Below are positions 24,540-38,200 of a stretch of 64,000 nucleotides of DNA, one piece after another (the stretch's first letter is position 1; each line of letters opens with the position of its first letter). A program made the position numbers and the translations under genes. The stretch is taken from the NCBI RefSeq assembly GCF_052425735.1, contig NC_135761.1, forward strand, positions 8,556,001 through 8,620,000. Direction: 5' to 3'. The notes beneath the pieces are model-generated. The model was not told the origin of the DNA, searched no databases, and saw only the letters and a program-made list of their open reading frames with translations. The stretch is from Oculina patagonica. Lineage: Eukaryota.

Positions 24540-25818
24540 GAATTCCATTTTTGGTAAAGTCAAGGACACAGCTTAAAAGCTGCAATTTTGGGAATTTTTT
24601 AATGTCGGGCAAGAAAAATAATGTTGAGGCAACGGCTGAGTAAACATCATGAGATAACTGATTAAACCCTCAAAAGCTAAAAGAAAATTAAATAAATGTT
24701 TTTGTAAAAATTGTCAGCGAACATGGCCGAATCTGATCACTGTAAGTGATTGCGCTCTTCCTTCTACACTTTTATGCATATAAAATTAAGAGGAGAAGGG
24801 GGGTATATTTAGATAAAAAACGGAATTACTTAAAATGGACCGAACAAAAAAGTATCAATATGCTTGATCATTTAATCCGGCAAGCGGAAGGTTAACTGCC
24901 ATGTAGGTTGATAATTAATAATATATATGCTTTGTATTTATTTAGCATGGCATCCTGTATTTTGCCTATCGAGCCATCATAAAATTAAAACACCAAATAT
25001 CTTTGCCTTTACTGTGGTAGTTGAACTGTAAGTTTCCCAACCTCAAACATTATTTTTTCCGCAGTGTATAGTCGGTTTGTTTTGTGCTACAGGTCCGTTT
25101 TTCCATGACTTCATTATATTAAATTTTTGCTAAAAAGTTTGAATTTAATTTACTTTAAAGGTTTTTCATTTCAAGATAAGGTGGCCTATTTTTGCTACGC
25201 AGATAAGAATGACATAAAAAGCTCTTCGCATCCTGAGTATTGCTTCTTCTGCCAAGCAGCGTTTTCCGTGTCCATTCACTCCATCCCCATAGCAACCGGG
25301 TGTATTTTGTAGTTTTAACCCTGCTTTGCTTTTTTTCTTTTACCCCCAGTACAGGTGTTACCACCCTCTTCCTATTTATGTTTTTGTAAGTAAATAGTGG
25401 GTTTTTGAGAGAAATATTAACACCTTGGGTGTTACCGGTTTTCTAAGATCGTTTGGTTACTTGTGGTGTTTTTAATTAAACGTGGGAAATCACTCTTTGT
25501 ATTCTTTGAAGTTTTTATTACAAGTGACAAAATTTGTTTGTCTTGTTATCTGTTCGCTACTTCTTTATACCTCTAATTACTTTTTGCGACATGTAAATTA
25601 GTATTTTAAAATCCTTTCATAATTTTTTTTACAGAAGTCGAGCAATAGCTTCAGTGTTTTCATTAAAAATATTACTAAAATATGCGGATGTGATACCAAT
25701 GGGTGTGTTTTAAACGTGACGTTTATTTGCGTTCATCTTTATATGAGACATTAACGAACAACGAAAAAAAAAATCTTCTAGTCTTGTTAAGATTTGCAGC
25801 CATCATTACAATAATCAG

Positions 25819-26048
25819 TTGAATGTACACTTGAACTGGACTCGTATTTCTAATGCAAGTATTCTAACATGTATCCTTAATTCCGTGTTTCATTTGAAAC
25901 GTTAAAATCCACTCAAAATTTTATGTCTTCTTATCACCTGGAAAATGCACCATCTTTCATTTTCTTTTGTTTTGTCTCACAGCTTTGGATTCCCTCGTTA
26001 CAGTTATTGACCAGCCATTTTTCTGAGTGTATCACCGAACTTGCAGAA
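25819..26048 (+). pseudogene. Highly decayed GPCR N-terminal fragment (N-term to ECL1)
   Basis: GCAAGTATTCTAACATGTATCCTTAAT (ASILTCILN), TTTTGTTTTGTCTCACAGCTTTGGAT, CCAGCCATTTTTC and CCGAACTTGCAGA match the genes, with many indels; not in the ORF track. Confidence 0.8.
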
Positions 26049-26497
26049 ATATATGTACGAGTAATGTGTCGCTTATAACATTTTAAAATAAATGTTTACG
26101 AGTGTTTAGACTTGGACTTACAAGCATACTGAGGTAACATTCAATTTCCTTAGAATTCACAAACTTCATCCAGACACATTTTTTTAAAAAAAGAAACTTT
26201 ATTTTTCTAATTAGAGCGGGCAACGAACTGAAAAAAAAGTCGTTGTTATTACCATTTTACACTGAGTCATTTACAAAACGATTAGCGAAGTATGAGAAGT
26301 CAGAACAGCGTAAACATAAACTATTCCAGCGTTATTTAAGTTGCGATTGGTCAAGAGGAACTGACTCTAATCAACAGTGCATAGATTCGTGTGGTTGTTA
26401 AATTGATTGGATATCAGCTGACACACTCATCATCACCAAGAATAAAGTTTTTTATCTGTTCCTTTGCATTTATTAACAGTCAAACAGTCTGTACAGT

Positions 26498-27403
26498 ATG
26501 AACAAAACCACCTTAAGTCACTTGAGCTGCTCCTTTCTCGACGTAAACTTGGAAAAAACGAAAGATACTTTTATCGCAAGTATTTTAACGTGTGTAATCA
26601 ATGCAGTGTTTTCTTTGATGACATCTTCTGGAAATTTCATCATTCTTCATGTCATTTGGAAAAAACAAGAACTTCACTCGCCATCTTTCTTCCTGTTGTT
26701 TTGCCTCGCATCTTCGGATCTTCTCGTCGGACTGATTTGCCAGCCATTTTACGTTGCGTATCAGATTGCCGAACTTGTAGACAACTTTGGAGCGTACTGT
26801 GTCTTGAGAATGATTCAGAACATATCTGGCTGGATAACCTCTAGCGCGTCTATGTTTATTTTAAGCGGAGTCTCTGTTGATCGACTTCTCGCTTTAACCC
26901 TTCATTTACGATATAACACGATTGTCACAGTTCGAAGATTATTTCAAACTGTGGTTTTCCTCTGGACCTTAGCCTTAACTGTCGTTATATCGAGACTTTG
27001 GATCGCGACGAGCCGTTGGATTTTTGCTCCGGTATTGCTATATCTGCTAGCGTTTCTTGTTATGACTCTGAGCACCTTGAAAATATTCCAGATCGTTCGC
27101 AGACATCAGCGTCAGATAAGTCAGCAGCAGCAGAGTGTTCAATTAAACACTGTAAACGTGCTCAAGTGTAGAAAAACTGCTGTTACTGTACTTTATGTAT
27201 ACGGTTTGTTTTTGATTTGCTACGTTCCATTTTTTGCTACAATGTTTGTGGAGACATTACTTGGATACACGTTAGAAGTTAAAATCGCCTATGACTACGT
27301 GGTAACTGTTGTTTATATTAACTCTTTCTTAAATCCTCTCGTGTACTGCTGGAGAATTGGAGAAATACGACGGGCTGTAAAGAAAACACTGAGGAGAAAC
27401 TGA
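26498..27403 (+). CDS. Class A 7TM GPCR, 301 aa (long-ECL2 class)
   Basis: Intact ORF; ECL2 RLWIATSRW. Confidence 0.94.
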   Translation: MNKTTLSHLSCSFLDVNLEKTKDTFIASILTCVINAVFSLMTSSGNFIILHVIWKKQELHSPSFFLLFCLASSDLLVGLICQPFYVAYQIAELVDNFGAYCVLRMIQNISGWITSSASMFILSGVSVDRLLALTLHLRYNTIVTVRRLFQTVVFLWTLALTVVISRLWIATSRWIFAPVLLYLLAFLVMTLSTLKIFQIVRRHQRQISQQQQSVQLNTVNVLKCRKTAVTVLYVYGLFLICYVPFFATMFVETLLGYTLEVKIAYDYVVTVVYINSFLNPLVYCWRIGEIRRAVKKTLRRN

Positions 27404-27462
27404 TTAAAAGAGAAAACCAAAGTACACAGATGATGAAAATTGCGTACAATAAATTGAAATGC

Positions 27463-27510
27463 ATTGGAGAAATACGACGAGCTGTTAAGAGCACATTGAA
27501 GAAAAACTGA
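27463..27510 (+). pseudogene. C-terminal GPCR relic (helix 8 and stop)
   Basis: ATTGGAGAAATACGACGAGCTGTTAAGAGCACATTGAAGAAAAACTGA = IGEIRRAVKSTLKKN*, about 60 bp after the real stop. Confidence 0.8.
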
Positions 27511-28892
27511 TTGAAATAGAAAAGCTCAGTAACTTGATGTGAATGAATGCCTACTTTGAATTGAGTAGCTTTGTTGCATCTCATTCGTACTTGCATTTTC
27601 TGGAAACCTCTATATTTTGGTAAACAATGCGGAAAAAACTTATTTTGAACTTATATATTATTAATTTCGAATTGATATTGTATTTTTCAAATTCAGCTCC
27701 ACTGCATGCATTCCGTGTTTTAATTTCAATTTTTATTATTATAATTCCAATATTGTAATTGTTATTGTAAATTGTCAGTGAGAAGCCCTCCTTAGAGAAT
27801 ACGAATAAAGTTTGTATTGAATTTCATTGTGTGAAGTGGATGAAGCGAATGGCGTCACAATATAATAAACTGGTGAAATGATCCATCGATGGAAACAGAG
27901 CCGCCCTGAGGTACACAGCAAGACACAGGAAGAGGGCGAATGAGCCTCCAGAAAAAGGCCATTATGGTGGGCGAAAGGTATTAAATATGAGTGCAGATGT
28001 TAGCATAAAAATGTGGGATAGTGAAAATTTGCTATAACTGTACTACCCGTAATGTACGTGATAGTTGTTTTGTTTGGCTCGAGATAAATTACACTTGGCT
28101 GAGATAGTTCACTCGTGATATATATACTATCAGTAAGCATTGGATAGCAAGAGCTCAAAGCTGCATGTTTATATGCACCCTTTGATGCATGTTCGCAGAT
28201 CAAAATCATGGGAACTGTGAATAAGTTGTAACCTTGGGATTTAAGAGTCCCTTTCCAAAGAAAAGGAAATCAAAACTGAGTCAGATTAAAACTGTGTGCT
28301 AAAATCGATCATTGAAATGTCACTTGTAGACCTACAAAATATAGTAAATGTTCTCGTTTTATAACGTGGATCCCATTCAGACTGGGAGGCGGAGCCTGAC
28401 CACATATATAGTACACGGACTTCAGTACTTTTATTATTTAAGCAATTGCCACCAAACGTTTTCTAAAATTTATGAGGAACTGAATAATTTCACATAGGAG
28501 TTCATTATTGTTCACGGAACTTGATGTTTCCATTGCAAACTCATTTAAGCAGGCATGTTTACGAATTACAATTCAAACTTTTTAAGTGCAAAATTTTATT
28601 GCAATTTTAAGGTTTTGTCCACAATGTTCTAGCTGCCGTTCACATCTCGTCGAATTCTGTTTTTTGATAAAGTCGCAACATTTTCTTAGGTTTTCTGATT
28701 TTTGCCTTACGTTGTGTTACAAGTTACGTCGATTTCAGGGTCTATACGTACTCTCATCGACCATAACGTTCGACCAATAAGCCGGCGAGAATAGGATTAT
28801 ATAAATAATCATGATTTACATGGCATATAACACCTGCTTGAAGCTTTTTATTAAGATAGTCTGTTGTTTATAGCTGGGCAGTCATCTTCAGA

Positions 28893-29804
28893 ATGAACAA
28901 GACCCATCCAAGTCTTCTAACTTGCTCCTTCTTAAGCTTAAATTTGGAACAAACGAAATATACTTTTATCGCGAGTATTACAACATGTATTCTCAATGCA
29001 GTGTTTTCTATGTTAACAGCTTCTGGGAATTTTATTATTCTAAATGTTATCTGGAAAAAACAAGAACTTCACTCGCCATCTTTCTTCCTTCTGTTTTGTC
29101 TTGCTGCTTCAGATCTCATCGTTGGACTGATTTGCCAACCATTTTTCGTGGCGTATAAGATTGCCGAACTTGTAGACAACTTTAGCGCGTACTGTGTCTT
29201 TAAGATGATTCAGAACATATCTGGCTGGACAACGTCTGGCGTGTCTTTATTAACTTTGGGCCTAGTCTCTGTTGATCGACTTCTTGCTTTAACCCTTCAT
29301 TTACGATATAACATGGTTGTTACTGTCCCTCGCGTGTTTCAAACTGCTCTTTGCCTTTGGATCTTTGCAATAACTGTTGTTATGTCGAAATTTTGGATGA
29401 CCAACTGGATTATCCTTCCAGTTGTGTTATTTATCCTCACTTTTCTTGTTACAACCGTGAGTACCTTAAAAATATTTCAGATCGTTCGCAGACATCAGCG
29501 TCAGATAAGCCAACAACAGCAAAGTGTTCAATTCAATGCTGTAAACGTGATCAAATGCAGAAAATCTGCTGTAACTGTACTTTATGTGTATGGCTTATTG
29601 GTAATGTGCTATCTTCCATTTTGTGCCACGATGTTCGTGGAGACATTTTCTGGATTCACACTAACTGTAAAAATCGCCTACGACTACGCCTCAACTGCTG
29701 TTTTTATTAACTCCTTCTTAAATCCACTTGTATACTGCTGGAGAATTGGGGAGATTCGACGTGCTGTTAAGAATACACTTAAGAATAGCTTCGTGTATAG
29801 CTGA
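28893..29804 (+). CDS. Class A 7TM GPCR, 303 aa
   Basis: Intact ORF; both flanks align with those of the 23628 gene. Confidence 0.94.
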   Translation: MNKTHPSLLTCSFLSLNLEQTKYTFIASITTCILNAVFSMLTASGNFIILNVIWKKQELHSPSFFLLFCLAASDLIVGLICQPFFVAYKIAELVDNFSAYCVFKMIQNISGWTTSGVSLLTLGLVSVDRLLALTLHLRYNMVVTVPRVFQTALCLWIFAITVVMSKFWMTNWIILPVVLFILTFLVTTVSTLKIFQIVRRHQRQISQQQQSVQFNAVNVIKCRKSAVTVLYVYGLLVMCYLPFCATMFVETFSGFTLTVKIAYDYASTAVFINSFLNPLVYCWRIGEIRRAVKNTLKNSFVYS

Positions 29805-29850
29805 GAACATCTTTTGGTAAAGTCAAGGAAACAGCTTAAGGGCTGTAATT

Positions 29851-29982
29851 TTGTATACTGCTGGAGAATTGAGGAGATACGACGGGCCGTTAAGGATTCA
29901 CTGAGGAATCCCTGAGATACGGACATGGCATGGAGAGTATCTTTGTAAAGTCAATGGAATAGTTTTAGGGCTGTAATTTTCT
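29851..29982 (+). repeat. Tandem duplicate of the GPCR 3' end and start of the 3' flank
   Basis: TTGTATACTGCTGGAGAATTGAGGAGATACGACGGGCCGTTAAG...GTAAAGTCAA...GGGCTGTAATTTT repeats about 29728-29852. Confidence 0.8.
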
Positions 29983-32900
29983 GAATTTTATATCTTGAAA
30001 TAATGTTGTAGTACGCGCTAAGTGGAGAGGACTGAGAGAGGACTGATTTTCCTCTAAAACTACAGAAAAATTGAAATAAATATTTCTGTCGAAAGTTGTC
30101 GGCGAACATGGCCAAATTGTCCCATGTATGTCATGTACTTTTTCTTCAACTTATGTTTCTACATGTATATTCGATAGGTAAAAAACGGAATTACGTACAA
30201 TCGATCGAGCGAAAAAAAAAATATTAAAAATCGTGATCATTTAATCCAGGAAAGCGTAGTTAACTGTCATGTAAGTTAATAATTAATAATTTACATGCTT
30301 TGTATTTGTAGGGCATCATGTATTTTGCATATTAAGTCGCAATAAAATTTAATTAAAACACAACATATCGTCGACTTCACTGTGGAAGTTTAACAGAAGT
30401 TTCCCGGCCTCAAACATATTTTTTTTCTTTGTGTAGCCTGTATGTATAGCCTGCTAAAGGTTCTTTTCTACATGATTTCATTATTTTGAATTTCCACTGA
30501 AGAGTTTCAATTTAATTTACTGTGCAGGTTTATCAGTTTGAGATAAGTCGCCTTTTTTGCTACGGAGGTAGGTATGGCATAAAACGGCCTTTCAATCCCG
30601 AGTTTTGCTACTTCTGGCAAGCTTTACTGGTGTCCATTCACTTAATCCCCATTTCAAAAGAGGGTCTTTTGCATTTCTATTTTATTGTGCATTTTTTCTC
30701 TTACCCCGAGTAAAGGTGTTACTGGCACCCTCTTTCTATTTATTGTTCCGTAAGTAAATAGTGGCTTTTTGAGGGAAATTTAATATTAAGACCGCCGGAT
30801 GTTACCGGATTTTCAAGATCATTTGGCTAAGATATGGGAAACTACTCTTTGTCTTCCTTGAAATCTTCCAAAAAAATGACAAAATTTGTTTGTCTAGTCA
30901 TCTTTTAGCTCCTTTTTTTATATTTGTAATTACTCTTGGCCATATGTAAGTTAAATAAAATCCTTTCAAAGTTTTTACTATAGTCGAGCAAGAACTTCAG
31001 TTTTTCGTTTTTCATTTAGAAATGATCCTCAAATAGACGGATTTCGTACCAATAAGGATGATTAAAATGTGATTTTATTGCTTTCCGGGAACGGTTGACA
31101 TTGTCGCCTGCCTTTGACGACTGGTGCTTCCTTTAATCCTGCAACAGACTTTCTTGGGTGCTTCAGTTCTAGGTCTTATACAAACAGCTATGAAATTATT
31201 TTATTGTTTACGCAGTCTTGGCAGTCAATCACCAAACCTAAGGTGATTTAAAACTGTGTTGTAGGTGGAAATTACCTATTATCCATTACTATCATTGAAA
31301 AGCTATAATAAAACTTATAATTATTAAAAACTTGCCTGGTGTCATTTTTTTTTTGTCTTTCTAGTGCTTTACAAAGCCTTACACGCGATTTTCGTTTCAA
31401 CGGTCTGTCACGTACTAAAAGAAAGACAAGGCCGTAGGAAAGGAAATTTGAAAAGCGAACGCACACCTATTCAAAACACTTGCTAAAAAATGGTAAAAAC
31501 CAGACGTTCCTCGATCTTTTCCCTTCACGATCCCTTCACGATAAATATTCCATCTTTCTAAGTAATTTAATTGCTTTCAAGTTGAAGTTTGGAGCCAAGA
31601 ACTTTATTAATAAATTCACAACTTCGGCACAAATTGGTCGCCATTAGGCCGTGAAAAAAAGTGTGCACCTAACTAACGGTCAAACGTCGGGCGAGTACAA
31701 AATCCATCCCAACCGGGAGGGGGGGGGGGGGGGGGGGGCACACAATGTGTTCGGCTGTGAAGTGAAGCCAAGGCCAAATAATGTCGGATAGCGGAACTTT
31801 GCTAGCTGTACTACCTGAACTCTACATGGTAGTTGTTTTGTTTAGCTCGAGATAAATTTCACTTGACTGAGATATTTCAGTTGTGATATTTACTTTCAGT
31901 AAGAATTTGGTAGCTAGAACTTAATGCTGCATTTCAGGCATCCTTTGATTCATGTGTTCGCAGACAAAAATCATGGGAACTGTGAATAACTTGTAACCGG
32001 GGGATTTAAGAGTCCCTTTTTAAAGAAAAGAAAATCAAAATTGAGTCAGATTAAAATCGTTTGCTAAAATCGATCATTGAAATGTCATTTGTAAAAAAAC
32101 CTACAAATAAAGTCCTCCTTTAGGTAACAAGGCTAAAAGCTTGAAAAGCTTGCATAAATCGCCTTCACTGAAGTCGTTTGCAAGTGAGAGTAAGTTTTCT
32201 AGCCTCAAACATATTCTGTCTTTTGTATAATAAAATGTGCTTGCTTATATTGTCAAGCCACTGCGAAGAATCTCAATTTATTTGAGCAAACGTTTTGCCA
32301 ATGCCAGTTACTAAAACCGGCTGAATTTTAAATCTTTTCAAGGGATCAAACTGTTTTTCATTTTGTTCGCCTTTATATGGTTCCTTCCCTTTTGTTTTTT
32401 TGTTTTCCTTTTGTGCACAAGTTCCATTTTGCATGGTATATAACTTAATTATACTGAAATTCAACTGAAAGGGTTAAATTTAATTTACTGCAGGTTTATC
32501 AGTTCAGAGATCTTAGATAAGATTTCCCATTTTCGCTACGCTTGTAAGTAAATATAACGTGGAAAACGGTCTCCTCATCCTCCGCAATGCTTCTTTTTGT
32601 TTCGGTATGCTTTTCCAGTGTCCATATTCTTTTGCTTTTCTTTTCCAGTTTTCCTTTTTGCTTTGTTGTTTTTCCCCTAGACAGAGGTGGCATCGCCTTT
32701 TACCCCTTTATTGTTTCTGTAAATAAATAGTGTCTCTTTGAGAGAAGTTTAATATTATAACCTCGGCGGAGAAAACAGCACGGCAATGTTCGGATGTTAT
32801 CGGTTTTTCAACAAAACGTTGTTTTTAATTAAACGTGGGAGATAACGTTTTGTCTTTCTTGACCTTCACTATTAATGAAAAAATTGTTTGTCTAGTTATC

Positions 32901-33369
32901 TTTTTTAAATTTTGCAATTACTTTTCGGCATATGTAAATTAATAAAAGCCTTTCATCATTTTGTATTGAAGTCGAAGAAGAACTATCAGCTTTCTTTTGC
33001 CATTAATCCTCAAATATACAGATTGCGTTCCAATGGCGATGATGAAACCTTTCTATGAGAGCAGTAACGGACAACTGAATAAAAATGTTTTTTTTTCTTG
33101 TTACGATCTACAGCCATAAAAATTAATCTTATTTTAACAATTAATTTCAAAGTTGAAACCTAAAGCGATATTAAATAATTTTCGCCTGCCTTTAACGACA
33201 GGTGCTGTTCGGCTTAAATCCTGTAGCAAACTTTCTTTAGTGTTTTGCAGTCCGCTCTTGGCAATCAATCACCAACCTTAGGGGATTTCAAACTACGCGT
33301 ACGTTGCAGGTGGAAATCCAATTTATACATTTCATTCCATGGTGACCAAGAAAGTCTTTCATCTACGAC

Positions 33370-34269
33370 ATGAACAGAAGCAATGCAAGTGACATAAACT
33401 GTTTCTTTTTGAACGTAAACTTAGACAAGTCGAAAGATACATTTATTGCAAGTATTGTTACATGTATCCTGAATGCCATGTTTTCTCTGTTATCATCCAC
33501 TGGAAATTTTATAATTCTTCGCGTCATTTGGAAGAAAGAAGAATTTCATTCGCCATCTTTCACCCTTTTATTTTGCCTTGCTGCTTCGGATCTTCTTGTT
33601 GGACTGATTTGCCAACCATTTTACGTGGCGTATCAGATTGCCGAACTTCTGGACAACTTTAGCGCGTACTGTCTATTGAGAATGATTCAGAACATATCTG
33701 GCTTTACAACATCTGGCGTGTCTTTGGCAATTTTAAGCGCAGTCTCTGTTGATCGTCTACTCGCTTTAACCTTGCATTTACGATACAGCACGATTGTAAC
33801 GGTTCAAAGAATATTGCAAACTGTAATTGTCTTCTGGATCTTGTCTGTGACAATCGTCATGATAAAATTTTGGATACGCCAGTGGATTATTTTTCCTGTG
33901 GTAATAGCCGTTACAAGTTTTCTTGTTACAACACTGAGCACCCTGAAAATATTTCATATCGTTCGCAGACATCGGCGCCAGATAAGTCAGCAGCAGCAAA
34001 GTGTTCAGTACAACACAGTAAACGTGCTCAAATGTAGAAAATCTGCTGTGACTGTACTTTATGTTTATGGTTTGTTCTTGATTTTCTACGTTCCATTTTT
34101 GGTGACGATGTTTGTGGAGACATCCACTGGATACACATTAAAAGTAAAAATCGCTTATGACTATGTTACGACTGTTATTTTTATAAACTCTTTCTTGAAT
34201 CCACTTGTGTATTGCTGGAGAATTGGAGAAATACGACGAGCTGTTAAGAATATACTTCGAAAAAACTAA
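33370..34269 (+). CDS. Class A 7TM GPCR, 299 aa
   Basis: Intact ORF with all family motifs. Confidence 0.94.
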   Translation: MNRSNASDINCFFLNVNLDKSKDTFIASIVTCILNAMFSLLSSTGNFIILRVIWKKEEFHSPSFTLLFCLAASDLLVGLICQPFYVAYQIAELLDNFSAYCLLRMIQNISGFTTSGVSLAILSAVSVDRLLALTLHLRYSTIVTVQRILQTVIVFWILSVTIVMIKFWIRQWIIFPVVIAVTSFLVTTLSTLKIFHIVRRHRRQISQQQQSVQYNTVNVLKCRKSAVTVLYVYGLFLIFYVPFLVTMFVETSTGYTLKVKIAYDYVTTVIFINSFLNPLVYCWRIGEIRRAVKNILRKN

Positions 34270-34747
34270 AAAAAAAAACAACAACATATGATTCTTACTG
34301 ACACTTGATGTTGCTTATTGAGTTTTAGAGTGAGGTGCATGTCAACAGGCAAGAAAGGATCGTAAAGAATTAATTACTTTATTTGAAAAGTCATGGCATA
34401 CCAGCACTGACAGAGCACCTTTTAAAAATGACAGCTAGATCAGTAAAAATTTCAAGAGTTTAAAACTTTGGCTGGCTTCAAGCTTTTGCTTTAGATTAAA
34501 GTTGCATTTCAATCGAAAGCCTGTTCAGCAAAACGTATTTGAAGGAAAATCGCCACGTGTTTCACTCAAAGTAGGTGGTCATATAACCTCTCTGAGATTT
34601 TTTCAGTTCCCGTATATTACTTATTCATTTTTTTTGAAATTTGAAACCTTCAGTTATTTTTGTTTTCAAAGATCTTCTGAGATGTGTGGCAACACAAGGC
34701 AAAGATCATCAAAAATGGATCCAACGGTGCGCCTGAAAAGCTTTTAA

Positions 34748-35260
34748 CCCTCGGAAGTACAAGCAAACTCATATCCCCACCACCGTACAAAGGGGGCGGG
34801 GGAGTGGATGGAACCCCTCCCGAGAATTTTCGTTCTATTAAGGCGCAGTGAAATAGTTTTGTACTGAGTAGAAAGCCCGTAGCGTACTCTACTGAAGATG
34901 ACATAATTTTTGTTGGCTGTGACGTCATTATAGCCGCCATCTTGGATTTCACCACTTCCTTAGAAAGTCTAAAAATAACGGAAATTTATGCGAAATCAAG
35001 CCAAAATGCTTATCGTACAATTCCGTTTCAAAAAACTGGAAAAAAAGAAAAAAATGTTAAAAAAAAGAAGATTTTTGACAAGACCTGCTTGTACGTCAAA
35101 TATTATGGACACATGATTGACATATCAAAATTTCAGCAAGGGATGAATGAACAGCTACTGAACGTTTCAGCATTGTAAATTAAACCCTCTTTTCAAAATT
35201 TCGAAAAAACCTTACTGGGGCTGGGGGTGTGGCATTCTCCCCCCCCTGTACGTTCGACGG
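34748..35260. mobile_element. piggyBac-type MITE, 513 bp
   Basis: TTAA|CCCTCGGAAGTACA...TGTACGTTCGACGG|TTAA: TTAA TSD with CC-type termini and an imperfect TIR. Confidence 0.7.
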
Positions 35261-38200
35261 TTAATTTAGACTAGTTTAAATTAAGTTTTGTTTTTGCATA
35301 CTAAATTCTCATGAATTCTGTCGAAAACATATGTTTACAAAGATTTTATTACTGTAATTCAAAGTTGCTAACGCTGAACATAATTGTTCAGTCAATCAGT
35401 GCTCACTGACCGAACAAGAACAATTTGATTAAAATTTTATCCATCCGCATAGCGAAGCGACATGCAGCCGTTTTGTAAATGGATCATTCATTGATAACTA
35501 AGCTTGAACATGAAACTATATAAATAAATATTATCTGAATGTCAAAGGAGTAAACACGGGCAAACGTACTTTTCAAAACATCAAACTCCGAGTTTTGATA
35601 ATTCGCTATCAGGAAATCGAGTAATATAATTTTAGTTGGACAAAAAATCAAATACCAAAAGTATTTACTAAATATATAAGTAATTTATACTTGATAACAC
35701 TAAATGCAATTTCTCATCAGAGCTTAAAAGTTCACAAGAACCATGTAGACTATAGGTGAAATTTCACGTGTAGCTATTTTGTAAAACCGTCTCCTAAGCG
35801 ATTCAGTTTAAGTGAGTGGAACTTCGAAAATTGTTTTCGGTATTTGGTGTTGTTAAAAGGATTTCTTTCAAAAATATATTTAAAACAGTAACACAGAAGT
35901 TTGCAAAAGGTGTAAATAATTTTCGTACATAATTTTGTTTAATTAATGTTTTCGTAGTAACTCGTAGTTTTCATACTGGGCTTAGTTGTTCGCTGTTGAA
36001 ATACCCCTTTTATCGCCATTTATTTTTATAGAGAAACTTTTTTTTTGTATTTTAGTAACTTTATGGACATTTGCACTGTTCACGTGACCTTGCGAATTGT
36101 CAATAGCCGTCGTTGTGTGAGCATTACCCAAATTTTAATCATATTTAGACCGAGTGTGAAGGTTATTGAAGCTAAAACAATGAAACGGGGATAAACTGTT
36201 AACAGTTCATCTTAAAATGTCTTACTTGAGTTCTTCAAAATGGCGCAAAGAGGCCATGTCACGTTGTAATGGCATATGATTTCAGAACAGCCGACATCTT
36301 AGATCACAGCTCTCTTGTATTTTTTGTATTTCACTATTATTTCGTCAAACAACAAAGTAAGTAATCAGAACGTTCTGAAGTGATCTAAAAATTGAAGACG
36401 TTAGGGCGAGGAAGTTAAACATTTGCATCGAAAATGAGAAACATGAAAATTTTATAACTTGAAACAACATGCCTGTCAAAAATGTTTACCATCAGTGGCA
36501 TGTCATGAAAATGTTCCAGACCAAATTCAGATAAATTAACATTTTTTGTCAGCATTTGCTTGAGTGTTTAAAAAAAATTACAAATATTTAAAACAAAGTT
36601 TGTGCGGGAAAATTACTACCCCACCCCGCCTCCTCTGGTTTGCACAGAGTTAAATTGACCTGAACTTTAGAAATACAATCTGCCCACTTGATCTTAACCA
36701 CATTGTTTTTTTTTCGAACTACAAGTTTTTACCTTAAAAAATGGTATCCTTCAATGTTAATATCTGTAGCCGGTTAATTTGTGTTCTAGTTTTGTTTTGG
36801 TACAATGAATATAATTTCACTAAATTGCATCTCAGTTGAAGAGATTAGATTTAATTTCTTACAGGATATTGGTTTGTTAACCTTGTATCACTACCCCTTT
36901 TTAACTGTCAGAAAATAGTTCCACATCCTCCGGTAATTTAAAATTTGCACTGTCAATTTACAAATTTCAAGTGCCCACACGATATCCTAACAGGGTGTCA
37001 TTGAAATCAGTCTTCTTGTTTTGATTTTTATGCTCATATATGATTCCTACCCTCAGTAAAAAAAAATGATTAATACATTTTATTTGTAATTACGTTTAGG
37101 AATATAAAATTATTTATCACTTTTCTTTTGTACTGTTTCACTGGTTCACTCGGTTTTCAATCCTTGACATATTTCACTGATCATTGGCAATTGACTGTAC
37201 ATTAAAATCGTTTCTTGTAAAATATGCAGCCATAATATAATGCAAATAATTAATTAAAACATGGTCATTTCTTCCCCACCTCTTTGCTTTAAATGTAATA
37301 CTTTGAAATTGTGCAACTGAGTTCCTTGATACCTTTCAAAAACTCTGATTTGATACTTGAAGAACAATAGAAACTCGTGCAGTGTCGTTTATCAATCACT
37401 AAAATAAAGTTGCTTTAGTTTTTTTCAACGCTGTGGGCGTTTGCCGCTCGAAATTAACATACAGTATAAAAAATTAACAGCTACAGATAGCTACAGCTGT
37501 TCGACAGTCATGGTCATCCTCGACATGAACAGGACCAACGTAAATCATCAAAGCTGCTTCTTTTTGAATGTTAATTTGGCAGAAACAGACGGTACCTTTA
37601 TTGCAAGTATTCTAACATGTATTCTCAATGTAGTGTTTTCTTTGTTAACATCCATTGGAAATTTTATAATTCTTCACGTCATATGGAAGAAAGAAGAACT
37701 TCATTCGCCATCTTTGACCCTTTTGTTTTGCCTTGCTGCTTCGGATCTTCTTGTTGGACTAATTTGCCAGCCATTTTACGTAGCGTATCAGATTTCCTGG
37801 CTTGTAGACAACTTAAGCGCGTACTGTGTCTTGAGGATGATTCATAGCATATCTGGCTGGATAACGTCCAGCGTGTCTTTGCAAATTTTAAGTGTTTTCT
37901 CTGTTGATCGACTTCTCGCTTTGACCCTTAATTTACGATACAACACGATTGTCACAGTTCGCAGAATACTTCAAACTGTTACTTTTCTCTGGACCTTAGC
38001 AATAACGGCTGTTATATCAAGACTCTGGATCGTGACTGAGATTTGGATTTTTGTTCCGGTAGTATTATTTTTGCTAACATTTTTTGTTATAACCCTGAGC
38101 ACCTTAAAAATATTTCAGATTGTTCGCAGACATCAGCGCCAGATAAGCCAGCAACAGCAGAGTGTTCAATTTAACACAGTAAACGTGCTTAAGAGCGGAA

